DNA of 64,000 nucleotides. Origin: the human T2T-CHM13v2.0 reference genome, Homo sapiens. The stretch lies in assembly GCF_009914755.1 (NCBI RefSeq), contig NC_060930.1. One strand, given 5' to 3'. Below, piece after piece: positions 41,577 to 55,010 of the stretch. The translations under genes were made by a program, and so were the position numbers. How positions within the stretch are numbered: position 1 is the stretch's first letter; each line of letters begins with the position of its first letter. The notes under the pieces were generated by a model that did not search any database, was not told the DNA's origin, and saw nothing but the letters and a program-made list of their open reading frames with translations.

Positions 41577-41867
41577 GGCCAGGCGCCGTGGCTCACGCCT
41601 GTAATCCCAGCACTTTGGGAGGCCGAGGAGATCGAGACCATCCTGGCTAACACAGTGAAACCCCGTCTCTACCAAAAATACAAAAAATTAGCTGGGCGTG
41701 GTGGCGGGCGCCTGTAGTCCCAGCTACTCAGGAGGCTGAGGCAGGAGGATGGCATGAACCCGGGAGGCGGAGCTTGCAGTGAGCCGAGATGACGCCACTG
41801 CACTCCAGCCTGGGGGACAAAGCAAGACTCTGTCTCAAAAAAAATAAAAATGAAAATAAAAATAAAA
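41577..41867 (+). mobile_element. AluY with 21-nt internal deletion
   Basis: ggccgagg^agatcgagacc; TSD core gttgtaagt. Confidence 0.96.
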
Positions 41868-43234
41868 GTTGTAAGTGAGATGAAAGATAATGTAAAGCTT
41901 ATGAACTTTTTTGTTGGTGTTTGAGGATTATAATATAGGTAAGAAAGTAATATAAGCTAAGAAGTTTAATAGTTATGGAAAAAAATTAAAAGTTACTTCT
42001 TTTATTGAGGCTTTGCAAGCAAACATTAAGAAGCACTGAATAGTTTACAAAAAAAATGTGAATCTGCTGTTTTGGTGCTGTGGTTTTTATGTGGCACATG
42101 GTAAAAAAGTAAAGAGAAGCTCTTTCCAGATTGATCTGAGTGGCTTTCAGGTTATATTTAAATGCCAGGAATTCTAGAACCACACAGGCCACACCTGAAA
42201 AGATATACAGACAGACAGGAGTGAAGCAATGGCAATTTTGTGTGTCGAATGCTGTGTCATGAAATGCAACCCCCACCCTCTACCCTGCTCCCACTTAACA
42301 TATACACACTCTTCTCTTACTCCAACTCAAAATAAGAAAAGAAGGTTTCTTTCCCCTCAAGCTAATTTCTTGGTGTACAGCAATCTTTGTTCAGCTATTC
42401 TGCAACCATATGTAAAGGAAAGGTCATTTTAGAGCAGGTTTTCACACTCTGATCTACCTGGAGAAGTGAAAAGTATTGTCTGGTCATTAAGTAAAAAAAT
42501 GACAGGGTTTAGAATCCCAAAATGTGTACCAGTATTAAGAGTTTAAAAGAATACTGTATATAGGATTCAAGGATAACACTAAAAACAACAGTGAAACTGT
42601 CTTCCAAACAATTGGAAAGACCGTGGATAATGCAGTCACTATGTGAAGAGAAAAAGGAGATTCCTAACCGATTTCTCTTCAAAGGAAGAGAGAGGGATAT
42701 CAATTTCTCATACTAAGTGAATTAGTATGATCGACTTTTATGAAAATGTTCTGGTAAAGAAAAATGGAGTCTTTCCTGATGTCCCTTAAGCAGCTATACT
42801 ACACATTCTGCAGACTAAAACTAGAGAGAAAACAATCTTCAGAGAAAAAGCTAAAATGGTGTGTTTTGTCAATATGAAGTGGACAGTGGAATACAAAACA
42901 GAAATCTTCGGTCTGACTTCTCCCTAAAAAATGTCCTCCTGGTTGGATCAACCAAGCCAGGTGGGGAAGAAGAACCGTTGGAGGGCCTAGTATAACATTG
43001 CCTGAATGTTCTGGAATGCTGATGACCTTCCAGGAATATTAGCACATCTCACAAGTGATACAGACTCCCAAACTCTTTCTTCTTATATATAACAGTTGGC
43101 TTCTATGTTGCCAACTTTATTAACTTCAAAGCTTAATGTGAAATTTAAATCACCATATCTTCCAATGAAACAATAAAAATTGAGGAGGAGGATTTGTTTC
43201 AATTTGCCATTTCTACTTACAGACATCAGCCCCT

Positions 43235-43380
43235 GGCTGGGTGCGTTGGCTCACTCCTGTTATCCCAAAACTTTAGGAGACTAAGGTGGGAGGATTGCTT
43301 AAGGCCAAGAGTTTGAGACCAGCCTGGAAAATATATTGAGACCCCATTCCTATTAAAAAAACAAAACAAAACAAAAACAA
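43235..43380 (+). mobile_element. FLAM / Alu left monomer
   Basis: Single monomer, ggaggattgcttaaggccaagagtttgagacc, (AAAAC)n tail; atcagcc on both flanks. Confidence 0.88.
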
Positions 43381-44169
43381 TCAGCCTCCTAGAAAGAATA
43401 TGTGAGTAGAAAGGCACTTATGCTTCATTTTCCCTTCATTCTTGTCACCTCTTTTCTTCCTCTATTGTGAGAATTTAAAAAGGACAGAATGTCATAGGTA
43501 TCTGTTGGGTGTTTTTTTTTCTCTTGGAATTCTGGAAATTTAAACTAAAGAAATTATTGAGATCTGGCTTGTTCAGAACTGTAATTAATGCCTTTCTATT
43601 TCAAGAAATGATTGCTTCAGTTTTTCTTGGGAGCTTTAAATGGATTTAAGACATTTAGCCCACATTAGATTCCCTTTAAATTTGTTTGTCAGCTTGAATC
43701 AAGGTTAATTCTATTATTCCATGGTTTTAATCATTAACCCTTTCCTATGTAGGATAATAACATTCTTTTTTTTTTAACCTTTGCTGATTACTGCTGCTCT
43801 CTTCTGCCTTTTGTGAGAATACCCCATCATTCAGCTTTTGGCATTCTCTGATCTTAGTCTTAGATTCTATTAATTTTCACATTTTCATCTGTATATACTA
43901 TACAAAATTGCTGACATTTCTATTTTCAAATTTTTCCTTTTGTCTGAGTTCCAGGCCCATACTTTCAGCTCCCACCTTGGCTGTTTTCCACCATCTGAAC
44001 TCCACCCATCTCCCTCTCACCTGTTATTTTGTTGGTGGTTCCAGTATTGTCCTAGTTCCCTGGGCATAAAACCTTGAAATTGTTTGAGTTCATCATTCTC
44101 CCTCATTCGGTGTAGCCTATCACCACATTCCATGGATTTTTCCATTTTGTAAATTCTTTTTATGTCCAT

Positions 44170-44650
44170 ATATATTAGTTTCCGACATCAGTTTGGCAGT
44201 TATTGCAAAATCCAAAAATGACAGTGGATGAAACGCAATGTAAGTTTAGTTCTATCTTATGTGCAATCCAGGCAGGTGCTATAGGGCTGGTATAGTGGCT
44301 TAACCAGGTTAGGGATGCAGGCCCCTTCTATCTAGTTGCTTTGTCATCTCCAAGGTATTGTGTTTGTCCACCTCATGAAGCATGACTCGCAGCAACAGAT
44401 GCAGTCCAGTTTTCAGAAAGGGCAAAAGAGGAATGAGAGACCACATTCCCTTCTCTTTCAGTATGTAACCTGGAAGTGGAGTATATCACTTCTGCACCTA
44501 GCCATATTTAATGAAGAAATCCAGTTGCATGACCTAGCAGCATGGAAAGCTTGGTAATACTATCTGTGGCTGTGTACCCAGCTAAACTTTCTATTTCTAT
44601 AGAAAGGGGGAGAGGAGCAAATAGCAGCCAGCCAGCAGTATTCCCTACAC
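44170..44650 (-). mobile_element. Old MaLR LTR (MLT1J/K/L-like) within L2
   Basis: tattagtt...ccaaaaatgacagtgg...tttagttctatcttatgt; pyrimidine-rich L2-like flanks. Confidence 0.55.
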
Positions 44651-44800
44651 TCGTCTTCCTCCAGTTTTATAGTCTGCACCCTTTGGTGGGCCCTTATTGC
44701 CCATTGCCAAGGCTATTTCTAAAAACTTTTGCTGGATTTGCTATTTGCTTACTACCAATCCACCCATCACCCGTTCTTTCTTATAAGGAATCACATGTTT

Positions 44801-44841
<41 letters not shown>
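44801..44841 (+). repeat. (TTG)13 microsatellite
   Basis: Direct reading. Confidence 0.97.
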
Positions 44842-45325
44842 AAACCTCATCAGACCTTTGCTCAGTGGCCCACAGCATGAAGTCTCTGTTTCAATATTCT
44901 TTATAATCTGGTCCTAGTATACCTGTTGCCAGCCATCTTTCAACTTTTATTATTTCATTAATTTATTCATTTAGTATATGTATGTTGAGTACTTACTATG
45001 TGTCAGGCAGAGTCATTCATTCTCCTAAGCTAGTTCATTTGAGTTGGTGGACAGAAAACATCCTCATGAATGCACATCATTTTCAATGTCACCATGATTC
45101 ATCTCTGTGATGATTGTGTTCACCATTGTAGTGCTTGAGAGGTTAAATGCATCCTCTTAAGAGTAGACTTTTAAAACTAGGTCTTACAGTTGAAGTGGTT
45201 AACTTGCTTCACATAGTCAGATGATGTTCAGTGGATACATTTTAACTTTCAGGGTTTTATGTATTTTAGAACTATGCCTTGCTTTTAAAAACAAAACAAA
45301 AATTTAAAAGAATACTTATTGAAGA

Positions 45326-45622
<297 letters not shown>

Positions 45623-48013
45623 TTATTGAAGTATCTATAACTAGATTTAGTAGCTCATTGACATTGTAAAATAGTTCAAATGAAAGCATAGGTTAGGTCT
45701 TATCTCATGTGTTACAGTTGTCTAGTTGCTTATTTGTTCCCAAGCAACCTCACCTGATCCCCAGTCTTACAGACTGAAGTGTAAAAGCCTTTACCGGAAC
45801 ATGCCTTTGACTGAACTTTGTCCTCCAAACTACATTTCCTTCTCCTTCTACAGTCCTTGGTGTTTTGAGGCAGAAATTTGCATAATGTAACTAACCTGAC
45901 ATGATTTTTATGTTTACAATTCATTTTTCAGAGAAGTCACTGAACCAGGTGAGATACATGAGGCTGACTTATACAAGTTCAGGGTTAAATCTGTATTTAA
46001 AACTTTGATATTTTGTTCATCATAGATCTTTGCATAAATTTCTATTTTTACAGTGTATGGCATTTACATGTTATTTATCTTGATTTCTGAGCTTTTGGGC
46101 ACCCCCTGAAATTTTGTGCTTCAGACCTGATAGATTCTTCTCCTTTATGCATGTTATTTGCATGTTAACATGGCTGGCTGCTTGAGTAATTAAAACTCAA
46201 GTTAGAAAATATATATTTGGAAGAAAAAATAAGTATTTATTGTTTTACCAAACCCTAGTACCAAAAATTACCTTAATTCCTGTTAGTTAATGGTTTAAGT
46301 ATTTATATTTACAACTGAGGTCAGCTTGGGACATGCAGAGAAATCAGTTCCTGCAAGCAAATACTGATTGTCCATCAAAAAGGAGGATGGACAAGCACCA
46401 AGATGAATATTTTTAGCTACATTATTATATCTTTCTTGAAAAGGCTGCTCTTGTTCCATCTCCAGCCTGGTAGCCTCATCTCTAAAGTGGCAGTGTAGAC
46501 ATGTAGTTTTCCCTGAGAAGGAGGAGAAGAGTAGGGAAGGGAGTGAGTAGAGCATCAGACCTTGAAGCCCGAGGTACCCAGAGCAGTTCTGCTTGCATCC
46601 ATCTTGAGTGTAGGCCTTCTGCTAAGGGGTTCATTTAAAAAGAAAATATTCCTCATCTAAAAACAATAGTTTGAAAATGATTGAACTAAATGACATTCAA
46701 CATCTCTGCTAATTCTGAATGTGCATGTGTTTCTACTGTGATAAATTTCTGCTGATTCACCCATACTTTGATCTGCTCCCTTTGTAAAGGGTATCAATAC
46801 ACCTTGATGAGTCCACTGGCTTTTTGGCTGTTGATATGTCTTAGCTTCCATGTATATCACCAAGTTTTCTCTTGATTTAGTTGTAGTTTCAGGAGAGAGA
46901 ATGGAGAAAGAATCAGACCTCGTGTGGTAGAAACATGCAAATTCTGCATCGTACACTGAGGATCATGAAAAAATATTAGAACATCTAATTATATCTATTT
47001 ATATTTTATTTTTAATGTCTGTTAATGTATTTAACATATATAATAATAATATAGCAAATAAGTTATATTAGACTATTAGGATAGTAATACTTATAATTTA
47101 TAGTATAAATATTCATATATAGGAGATATGTACACACAAAAATTATTTTTATATTTGTTAGGGGCGTGCTACTGTTCTTGAAATCTTCCCAAGAATTACT
47201 GCACTTTCATTAGTAAAATATTTGATAAGTGATATTTTAAAGGATGAGTAGAGACTCTCACAGTCTCAACCTTTAGTATTTTTGTGTTAAGCATATCTTC
47301 ATTAAATCTGAATTTTTATGTACATTAGTAATAAAAAACATGGATGAAATATTTTCAAAGTCCACCACATAGGTATATTTGTTTGTAAAATAAACTGGAA
47401 AGAAGTGGAGAGGGAAAAACATAACTATTTCACTCATTTTTTTTTATTTTGGTTGTGTTGCAATAGACAAGGATAGGTGGATTTCTGTAAAAAAAATTAA
47501 TCATGGAAAGGTTATAAAATTATAGGGATATTTTAAACATGCATTTTTAAAATGCAAATAGCAATGTTTACTTTTATCTAACAGACTTTAAACTAGATTC
47601 TTATTTGTAGTTTCTACTAGATCTTTGCCAAGAGCTGCATCCAAATGGTTGAAAATATTAAGACTACAAAATTTTGTTTTCTTAATCATGTCTTTTAGGT
47701 GTGTATATTTACATTACATTATATAAGTTTTGAAGTTTACAAATTTTTATCTTTTTGCTACTTACTGTATCATCATTTCTTCATTTATTTCTCACTTCCT
47801 CTTCTCAGTTCCTTTTATTTGGTCTGGACATATAGGACTCATTGAAGGAAAAAGTCCCAGACAAAGAGTGAGAGGAAGAGCAAAGATCATTTGAGAAACT
47901 GAGTATGGGAACAAGGTTAAAATGATGTCTGCTTTTAATTTTAAAATTCTTCCAAGGTGGTAAAATACGCATTCAGGCAGCTCCAAGTCTGAAAAACACC
48001 TAATGCACCTTGA

Positions 48014-48720
48014 CATTCAACAGGTATTTATTGCACTCCTCCTACCATCTGTGAAACACTGTGCTGGGAACAAGACAAATGAGTCACAGTCCATGCCCTC
48101 AAAAGGCTTAAAAAAATGTGTTTGCAGCAGAAAAGCAGACACTAAACTGAAATGTGTAATGCCTGTGATAAGCACAAAGACAGATATATACCAGAGTGTT
48201 TTAGAGCACATAGGAAGGAACCTGCCTAGACTAAGGAAGACATAGAAGGCTCTGGAAAGGGTTGCCCAAGTTGACCCAGAAGAGATGAAGAAGATATACT
48301 AGCAAGGAGATGGGGAAGAGATGGAGGGCAAAGAAACTCAGCCACAGGGGTGACAGAAATAAAGCACAGGATTCTACTGGTGGAGTGTGACTGCAGAGTT
48401 TTAGGATTGGTGGAGGTTGGGCATGGGTGAAAAGGAAGGAAAAGTGGAGTGGGGCTAGTTCTTGGAGGGCACCATGTACCACGTGAAGGGATTTGGGCTT
48501 GATATTGTAGGTGATAGGCAAACTAATAAGGGTTAATTGTAGAATGATCATGACTATATTTACTTTGAAATAATTCTACCTGACACCTGTGTAAAGAATG
48601 GATTTGCAGGAAGCAAGAATGCATACAAGAAAATCATTAGGACGTTGTTGCCACAGTCCAGGAAGAGTGAATGGTAGGTTGAACTAAGGCAGTGAGAGTG
48701 TGGTGAAGGGAATTTGCAAA
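48014..48720 (-). mobile_element. L2
   Basis: cattcaacaggtatttattg...cactgtgctggg...ccatgccctc, then purine-rich L2 body. Confidence 0.8.
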
Positions 48721-49393
48721 GTGCCTTATTGCTATGAGTGGCTAATGTGCATACCGACGGTTCATACTCCCATTATTTTTCACCCTTCTTATGCCAGATG
48801 CTAAGTCCTGAAATATAAGGCCCATTCTGTGAATAGGAATAATATATAGGTAGTTTCCTTTGATTTCCAAGAGCAAGATGGTTCGATTCCTTTGACATGA
48901 TCCTTATGTGGGTACTGGTAATATTGGTACAATGCCTTAGAATACTTATGGAGGGTGCAGAAGATTCTCTACAATTATATTCTCAAAGTCTGGTGTGTTT
49001 CTACAAACTTCCAAAGGTGGTATCATGCCAAATATTGTCCTACAATCATTTTTATGTGGCTACAAATATTTCCTGTAATGATCAGTTGTTTTTACACGAT
49101 GATTTCTCAACCTGGCAATGATCCTTAACAGCATCAATGCAGCAATCATCCACTGGATTTTGTAGCTGATAATCTTGGGAACTAATAACTGTTATTTGAA
49201 ATAAGATCCTTTTGACTTTTAATAGAAAATTTTATGTTTGAATTAGAGGTTCGGCTTTTCCCGAGAAAGTCAGGCAAGTCATGATGTTTACCAGTTTTAG
49301 CTAAATATTTTAAAAAGCCAAAAGTAATTAAAATTTGATTAACTGGATTGCCACCTTTTCTGGTTCTTCATAGTTTTTTTTTTTAATTTGCAG

Positions 49394-49460
49394 GAAAGAA
49401 AGTTTATCAGAATTTTTTAAACCTGTCTCAGAAATAACAACATATTTTAATCAGAGATTT
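49394..49460 (+). other. PKIB: 67-nt non-coding (5'-UTR) exon, probably PKIB, likely the last before the ATG exon
   Basis: Acceptor T-run...aatttgcag| and donor TTT|gtaagtat; no ATG; ...AATCAGAGATTT recalled as lying just upstream of the PKIB start-codon exon (not verified). Confidence 0.8.
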
Positions 49461-50227
49461 GTAAGTATCCTTTTCTTCTTTATTTAGGAAATTATATGTT
49501 GATTTTGTGAAAGAAATGGTTCCTACCATAAAACACTTGACAGGAAATGGATATTTAGTCTGAAGTGGCATGCAAAATTTGAATGAGAGTAATACATATG
49601 CAAAAATCTACCACTCCTCAAACAACAAAATAAATAAACCAAAGCCTCAATTAGAAAACCTTCACCAAGTCTATCTATAGCTCATAAATATTTGGTTTAT
49701 TCTTTGGACATTTCTCTTTGATGATGTCTTTTTCATTATCGTTTTTCCTTTTGTGAAGATACATGTGTGTCTACATATTTTAGAGAGTTTGTCACATCAA
49801 TGAGAAGGAAGAGAAAAAGAGGTCCACAGGAAAGGGAAGAAATAGTATTCTGTTAAAAGTTAATATGGCTTTTCTATGACCACTTTTGGTGAATTTTTTT
49901 TAAAAATCAAAACTAGGTCTCATAATACTAAGGTCCATGCAGTTTCATCATAGTTCTGAAAGGCCTATTATTGTCCTATACCCAAAACTGATCAACTCAC
50001 GAATGAGGAATCTAGGAGACTTTTTCTATTTTAATTTACCAGAGTTCAAGACAAGCACACATTTTCACAAACAAATATTTTATTAGATAAATTTAGAAGA
50101 AACTGTAAGTGAAAAAAAATTATGTTTTATTCCCTGAAAAAAAATCATGTCTAATGAAGTTTTATTATAGCACTAAAGCAAATAATCAGCATATTGAATT
50201 TAAGAACACAGAGTTGATGGTGTAAAG

Positions 50228-50748
50228 CAGCAGTCCCTGACCATTTTTGGCACCAGGGACTGGTTTCATGGAAGACAATTTTTCCACAGACTTGGGGTTG
50301 GAGGGGATAGGGACGGTTTTGGGATGATTCAATCACATTACATTTATTGCACATGTTATTTATATTATTATTACATTGTAATATATAATGAAATAATTAT
50401 ACAATTCATCACAATGTAGAATCAATGGGAGCGCTGAGCTTGTTTTCCTGCAACTAGATGGTCCTATCTGGGGTGATGGGAAACAGTGACAGATCATCAG
50501 GCATTAGATTCTCATAAGGAGCATACAACCTAGATCCCTCACATACACAGTTCACAGTAGGGCTCATGCTCCTATGGGAATCTAATGCTGCCACTGATCT
50601 GACAGGAGGCAGAGCTCAAGTGGTAATGTGAGTGATGTGGAGTGGCTGTAAATACAGATGAAGCTTTGCTTGCTCACCTGTTGCTCACCTCCCGCTGTGT
50701 GGCCCAGTTCCTAACAGGCCATGGATTGGTACCCAGCCCATGGCCCAA
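50228..50748 (+). mobile_element. MER1A (hAT-Charlie non-autonomous DNA transposon)
   Basis: cagcagtccc...tttttggcaccagggactggtttcatggaagac...cattagattctcataaggagc; exact 8-bp TSD gtgtaaag. Confidence 0.93.
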
Positions 50749-51509
50749 GTGTAAAGAAGATCAGTAAAGCAAAGTCATGCAACTAAAGTCTGGAGCTGAG
50801 TGGGCTCTTCAATAGCTGTGTGAGACCTTGGACAGCATAATTCTGGGGTTCTCAACTATAAATATTTGTGTTTGAGGGTTGACTAAAATGATGACTACCC
50901 TAGATCATTTTATGATTCCAGGATATCACTGAAACATTGCTGCTTAGTAGTTAACAGTCACTTTATCTTGGTTAACTATTATTATTATATGACATTAACA
51001 TTTGTGTAGTAGCTAATAAAACTGACCAACAGGAACTGAGATATATTTCTATCTTGCTTCATCAGATAAGACCTCAGCAATTGTTTAATGAAAAGGTGCA
51101 TTAAATGTTTAATTACACATTTTGCGGCAATATAGGCTGTTTCATAGCTTTGTGGCATTAGTTTTCAGTTTCATTGCATACATTTATTAATCTTGTGATT
51201 CCGGGTAAGTTGCCTGAACTTCCTAACACTTCAGTTTGTAAATATTAACAATGACATTAACCTATACTGTACCCGTGATTTCCTGTCTTTACTACATTGT
51301 TTTATAGATCTTGAGGTTTTGTCCTTGTAAAGATTTCATTTGTAAGCATATATATGCTATGTTATGGATGATATTGGTATTTGTAAAGTCACTGGAAGAA
51401 TTGCTATAATGCAGATTCTTGGCCACACTTCCAACTATTAACAAGTATCTTAGGTAACTCTTATGAAAGTAATTCATAAGCTAGTCTTTGAGAAATACAA
51501 ATTTTCCTT

Positions 51510-51700
51510 TAAAAATGATCCCCAAATCAAAATCGAAGGGGAGCTTTGTAAAAAATACACATTTCTAGGGCTCTATCTTGGAGCTCCTGATTTAGCAGCA
51601 GGGCTGAAGCAAGGCCTTGGAACTTGTTTTTTTTGTTTATTTGTTTTTTGTTTTTTTTTAAACTGCCTCATTGATTATAATACTTTGAAAATTCCTGCTT
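51510..51700. mobile_element. MER5-like hAT fragment
   Basis: ggggagctttgtaaaaaatacacatttctaggg...ctgatttagcag...tttttttaaactgcctc. Confidence 0.55.
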
Positions 51701-51944
51701 TACAGCCTCACTGCATCGCTAACTTTTGGTTGAAGAAAGTTTTGGCTGTGCTGCTTACCATATATGGATGAGGGGTTGTAGTCAGACTTGTGTGCTTCTG
51801 CTAGTGCAGATCAAGTAAAGAATGAAAATGATGAGTTTGGATTGTCTGCAGTGCATACATTGAGATTGACTGTCTTCTCACCCTTGGCTATGTAGCTGCT
51901 TTAAGTAAATCCATATGTCAAGCCCATAAATTTCAGATTTCCTG

Positions 51945-52090
51945 AACCAGAGAAGACTGTTGGAGATGATCTAGTTCAAACCCCTTATTTTGCAGAGGAG
52001 GGAATTAAACTCAGAGATTTGCCCCAAGGCCCCCGGAGAAGACCAGGACTAACAGTTGGATTCTTGCCCCAAGCTTAGTTTCATTTCTGT
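51945..52090 (-). mobile_element. MIR
   Basis: gagatgatctagttcaaaccccttattttgcagaggaggg...ctcagagatttgcccc. Confidence 0.75.
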
Positions 52091-52123
52091 CACAATTGAA
52101 TGACTCTAATTCTGCCATTTTAG

Positions 52124-52474
<351 letters not shown>

Positions 52475-52874
52475 AAAACCAGCTTTTCTAGTGCTGACTT
52501 CAGGCTTCCAGAGCAGGCATAGAAAGTGCTCTTAACTGTCCAGCTCTATGAAAGTGAGAGCATCTTCCTTCCCAATTCCAGTTCTCTGTCCTGAATGAAA
52601 AGAGGCAGGAGGGCCACTGAGGGATTGCTCATACTCACCTGGACAGGACTTCTGTTCCTATAGTTGCACCATTTTCTCTATTGCCTTCTTGGTCTTTATG
52701 TTAGCCAGAGCCAGGCCTTTTCTTAAATTCTGTATCTCCAGAAGGCAGAGCCATCATCTTAGTTTGTTTCTTTTTTTTAATAGTTGCATCTTTCTGTTTT
52801 GTTTTGTTTTGTTTTTTTGTGGCACATCTTTACTTGCCCTAATTTGGACATTTTTCAGCTCTGGAGTGCAATTA

Positions 52875-54040
52875 AGTTCAACAAATACTCAGTGCTTCTC
52901 TGTCCGAAGAGCAGTCCTGGGTACCAGAGATGTAAAATGAATCCAGTATAGTCCTAGTTTCAAAAGCATTCACAACATCATGAGAAATGAGATAAGTATG
53001 AAAATTGTTGCAGGAATGTTTGCAAGTGCCACAGGAGCACAGAAGCCATGACTTCCACTTACTAGGAGAGTCAAAGAAGTCTTTGGAGAGGAGGTGACAT
53101 TGGTCTGTTTTAGGTGCAAAACCATAACCCACAATATAAATGTACAACATTTTGAAACCACATGAAAATAGTGTATCTAAGTCTTAATAAAGAGAGCAAA
53201 TGCAATGCAGATAAATAAGGCTGGTGTCAGCATGATGGAGGAAGAGGGACACTGCAACACGTGGCGGGAGGCCTGTGTCTTCTCACACCACTGCCTCCAA
53301 CTTGTGTGACTCTCAGCGATCCAGTCAGACTTCTGTGGCTACAGGCAATCCTACATACTTGGGATACCATCAAGTGAAAAAAAAGTGCATCCCAAACAAG
53401 GTGTTATGTGTGCCAAAACTTCAGTTTTGAGTAGTTGTTGCCCAAGTGAAGAGAAGCCTTGGAGGAAGAGCACTTCAGCCAGGAGGAAGCACAAACGTGC
53501 AGTGACCTGTGTTTGGAGGTGAAAGGGAGTATGTCTGAGAGTTATAAGTCCTGAATGGAGGGTAGTTTATTTCAACTGCTGGACTGGAGGGGAGCAGAGG
53601 AGCAGCAAGAGAGAAGCCTGGGAAGTAAGCAGAGTGTATTTTGTGAAGTGTGTTAAAGGTCATGTTAAGAAATTGGGTGAGCTTTTCCTGATGTAAGGGG
53701 ATGGCTGAAGAGCTGAGATGGTAAGATTTGCTGGGCTGTTGTCAAGAATGGATGAGAGGGCAAAAACCGAGGCAGGAAACTCAGTGAAGAGGACCATCTA
53801 AGCTAGAGAGGCTGGTGATCTTGGGTAGTGAAAGAGGATGAGAAAAGCAGTCCATCCACAGATTTAAAACCTATTTAGAGACTAGAGTTTATATGACTTG
53901 ATCATGGAGGGTGAGGGAAAAGGATGCCTCCTGGGTTTCTGGGGTGGATGTACAGTGGTGTTCACTTGCAGGAAAATCCAGGAGGAGGAACAGGTTTCAA
54001 AAGGAAGGTGATATTTCTAAGCCACGGTGATGAGATCAGC
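52875..54040 (-). mobile_element. L2 fragments
   Basis: ttcaacaaatactcagtgctt...; purine-rich body 53440-54040. Confidence 0.6.
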
Positions 54041-54094
54041 TGATTTGTCCTGGGGCTCTTCAATATTAACTGGCCTTCCACATGCTGAGAGAAT

Positions 54095-54280
54095 CACGTA
54101 CATTGTCACACTTCATCATCTCAGTTGTGAGAGGTATTCTTTTGTGAACTCCAAAGAAGTGGAAGCTGAGGCTTCGAGAGCTTAAGTGCCTTGTATAAGG
54201 TCCCTTAGATAATAGGTAGAGGAGCCAAAAGTTCAGAACAGATTCTAAACCAAACCACATGTACCTTCTATTATAGCACT
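54095..54280 (-). mobile_element. MIR
   Basis: ggaagctgaggcttcgagagcttaagtgccttgtataaggtc...gtagaggagcca. Confidence 0.7.
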
Positions 54281-54330
54281 CTGCTTTCTTTTTTCCTTTG
54301 ACACATATAATTCTGTAAAAATAGGTCAAT

Positions 54331-55010
54331 TGTAGAACACAAATAACTTGGGACTTTATGGATTGTTAAATAGAACACATAAACTCTACTTTCTATAGAA
54401 GGTTTGCTGAAAAATCAATTCACAAAGGCTGATTAATTGGAGAAAAGGCATACAAATCTATTTAACATGAATACATAGGAGCCTTCAGAATGAAGACCCC
54501 AAAATACAGGGGCAATTTTCCATTTTTACGCTTAGGTTCAAAAAAGTATGGATTGCCATATAGAAATATGATTAGACAAAATTGATATTATCTCATGCTA
54601 ATAGTCTGACTGGGGAAACCCAGCAAGGTCTGTCGGTCTAGATTCTTCTGGGCTTCTCTAAGCATGGATTCTTTCCTTCTGGATTTGGGGGAGGACCCTC
54701 TCTGAAATGGAGGGGTTCTTCAGACCTATGGTTGAATGAGTTAGATAATTTCTTTATGGCCAGTTTTTAGACAGAAAGGGAGAGGGAAGATTAGAGTCAT
54801 ATTTTTAGGTTTCATGGCGGGCTTTGGGAAAAGAGGGATTCTGATTTCTGCGACCTGCCTTGGGGAAGAGGGATTCTAGTTTTTATGACAAGCCTCAGGG
54901 GAGAATGGGACTGCCAGACAGGAAGGCAGGCCAAGATCAAAGAAAAACTTTTGCTTCTGAGGCTGCTTCTGAAGTTTTCACTTTGAGGTATTGCTTACTG
55001 AGCTCCAACA
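54331..55010 (-). mobile_element. MER31-like ERV1 solo LTR
   Basis: Minus strand starts tgttggagctcag...cagaagcagcctcagaagcaaaagtttttct. Confidence 0.85.

Noticed and set aside
44542-44917. Poly-Val / poly-Leu ORFs
   Set aside because: Artefact of the (TTG)n repeat.
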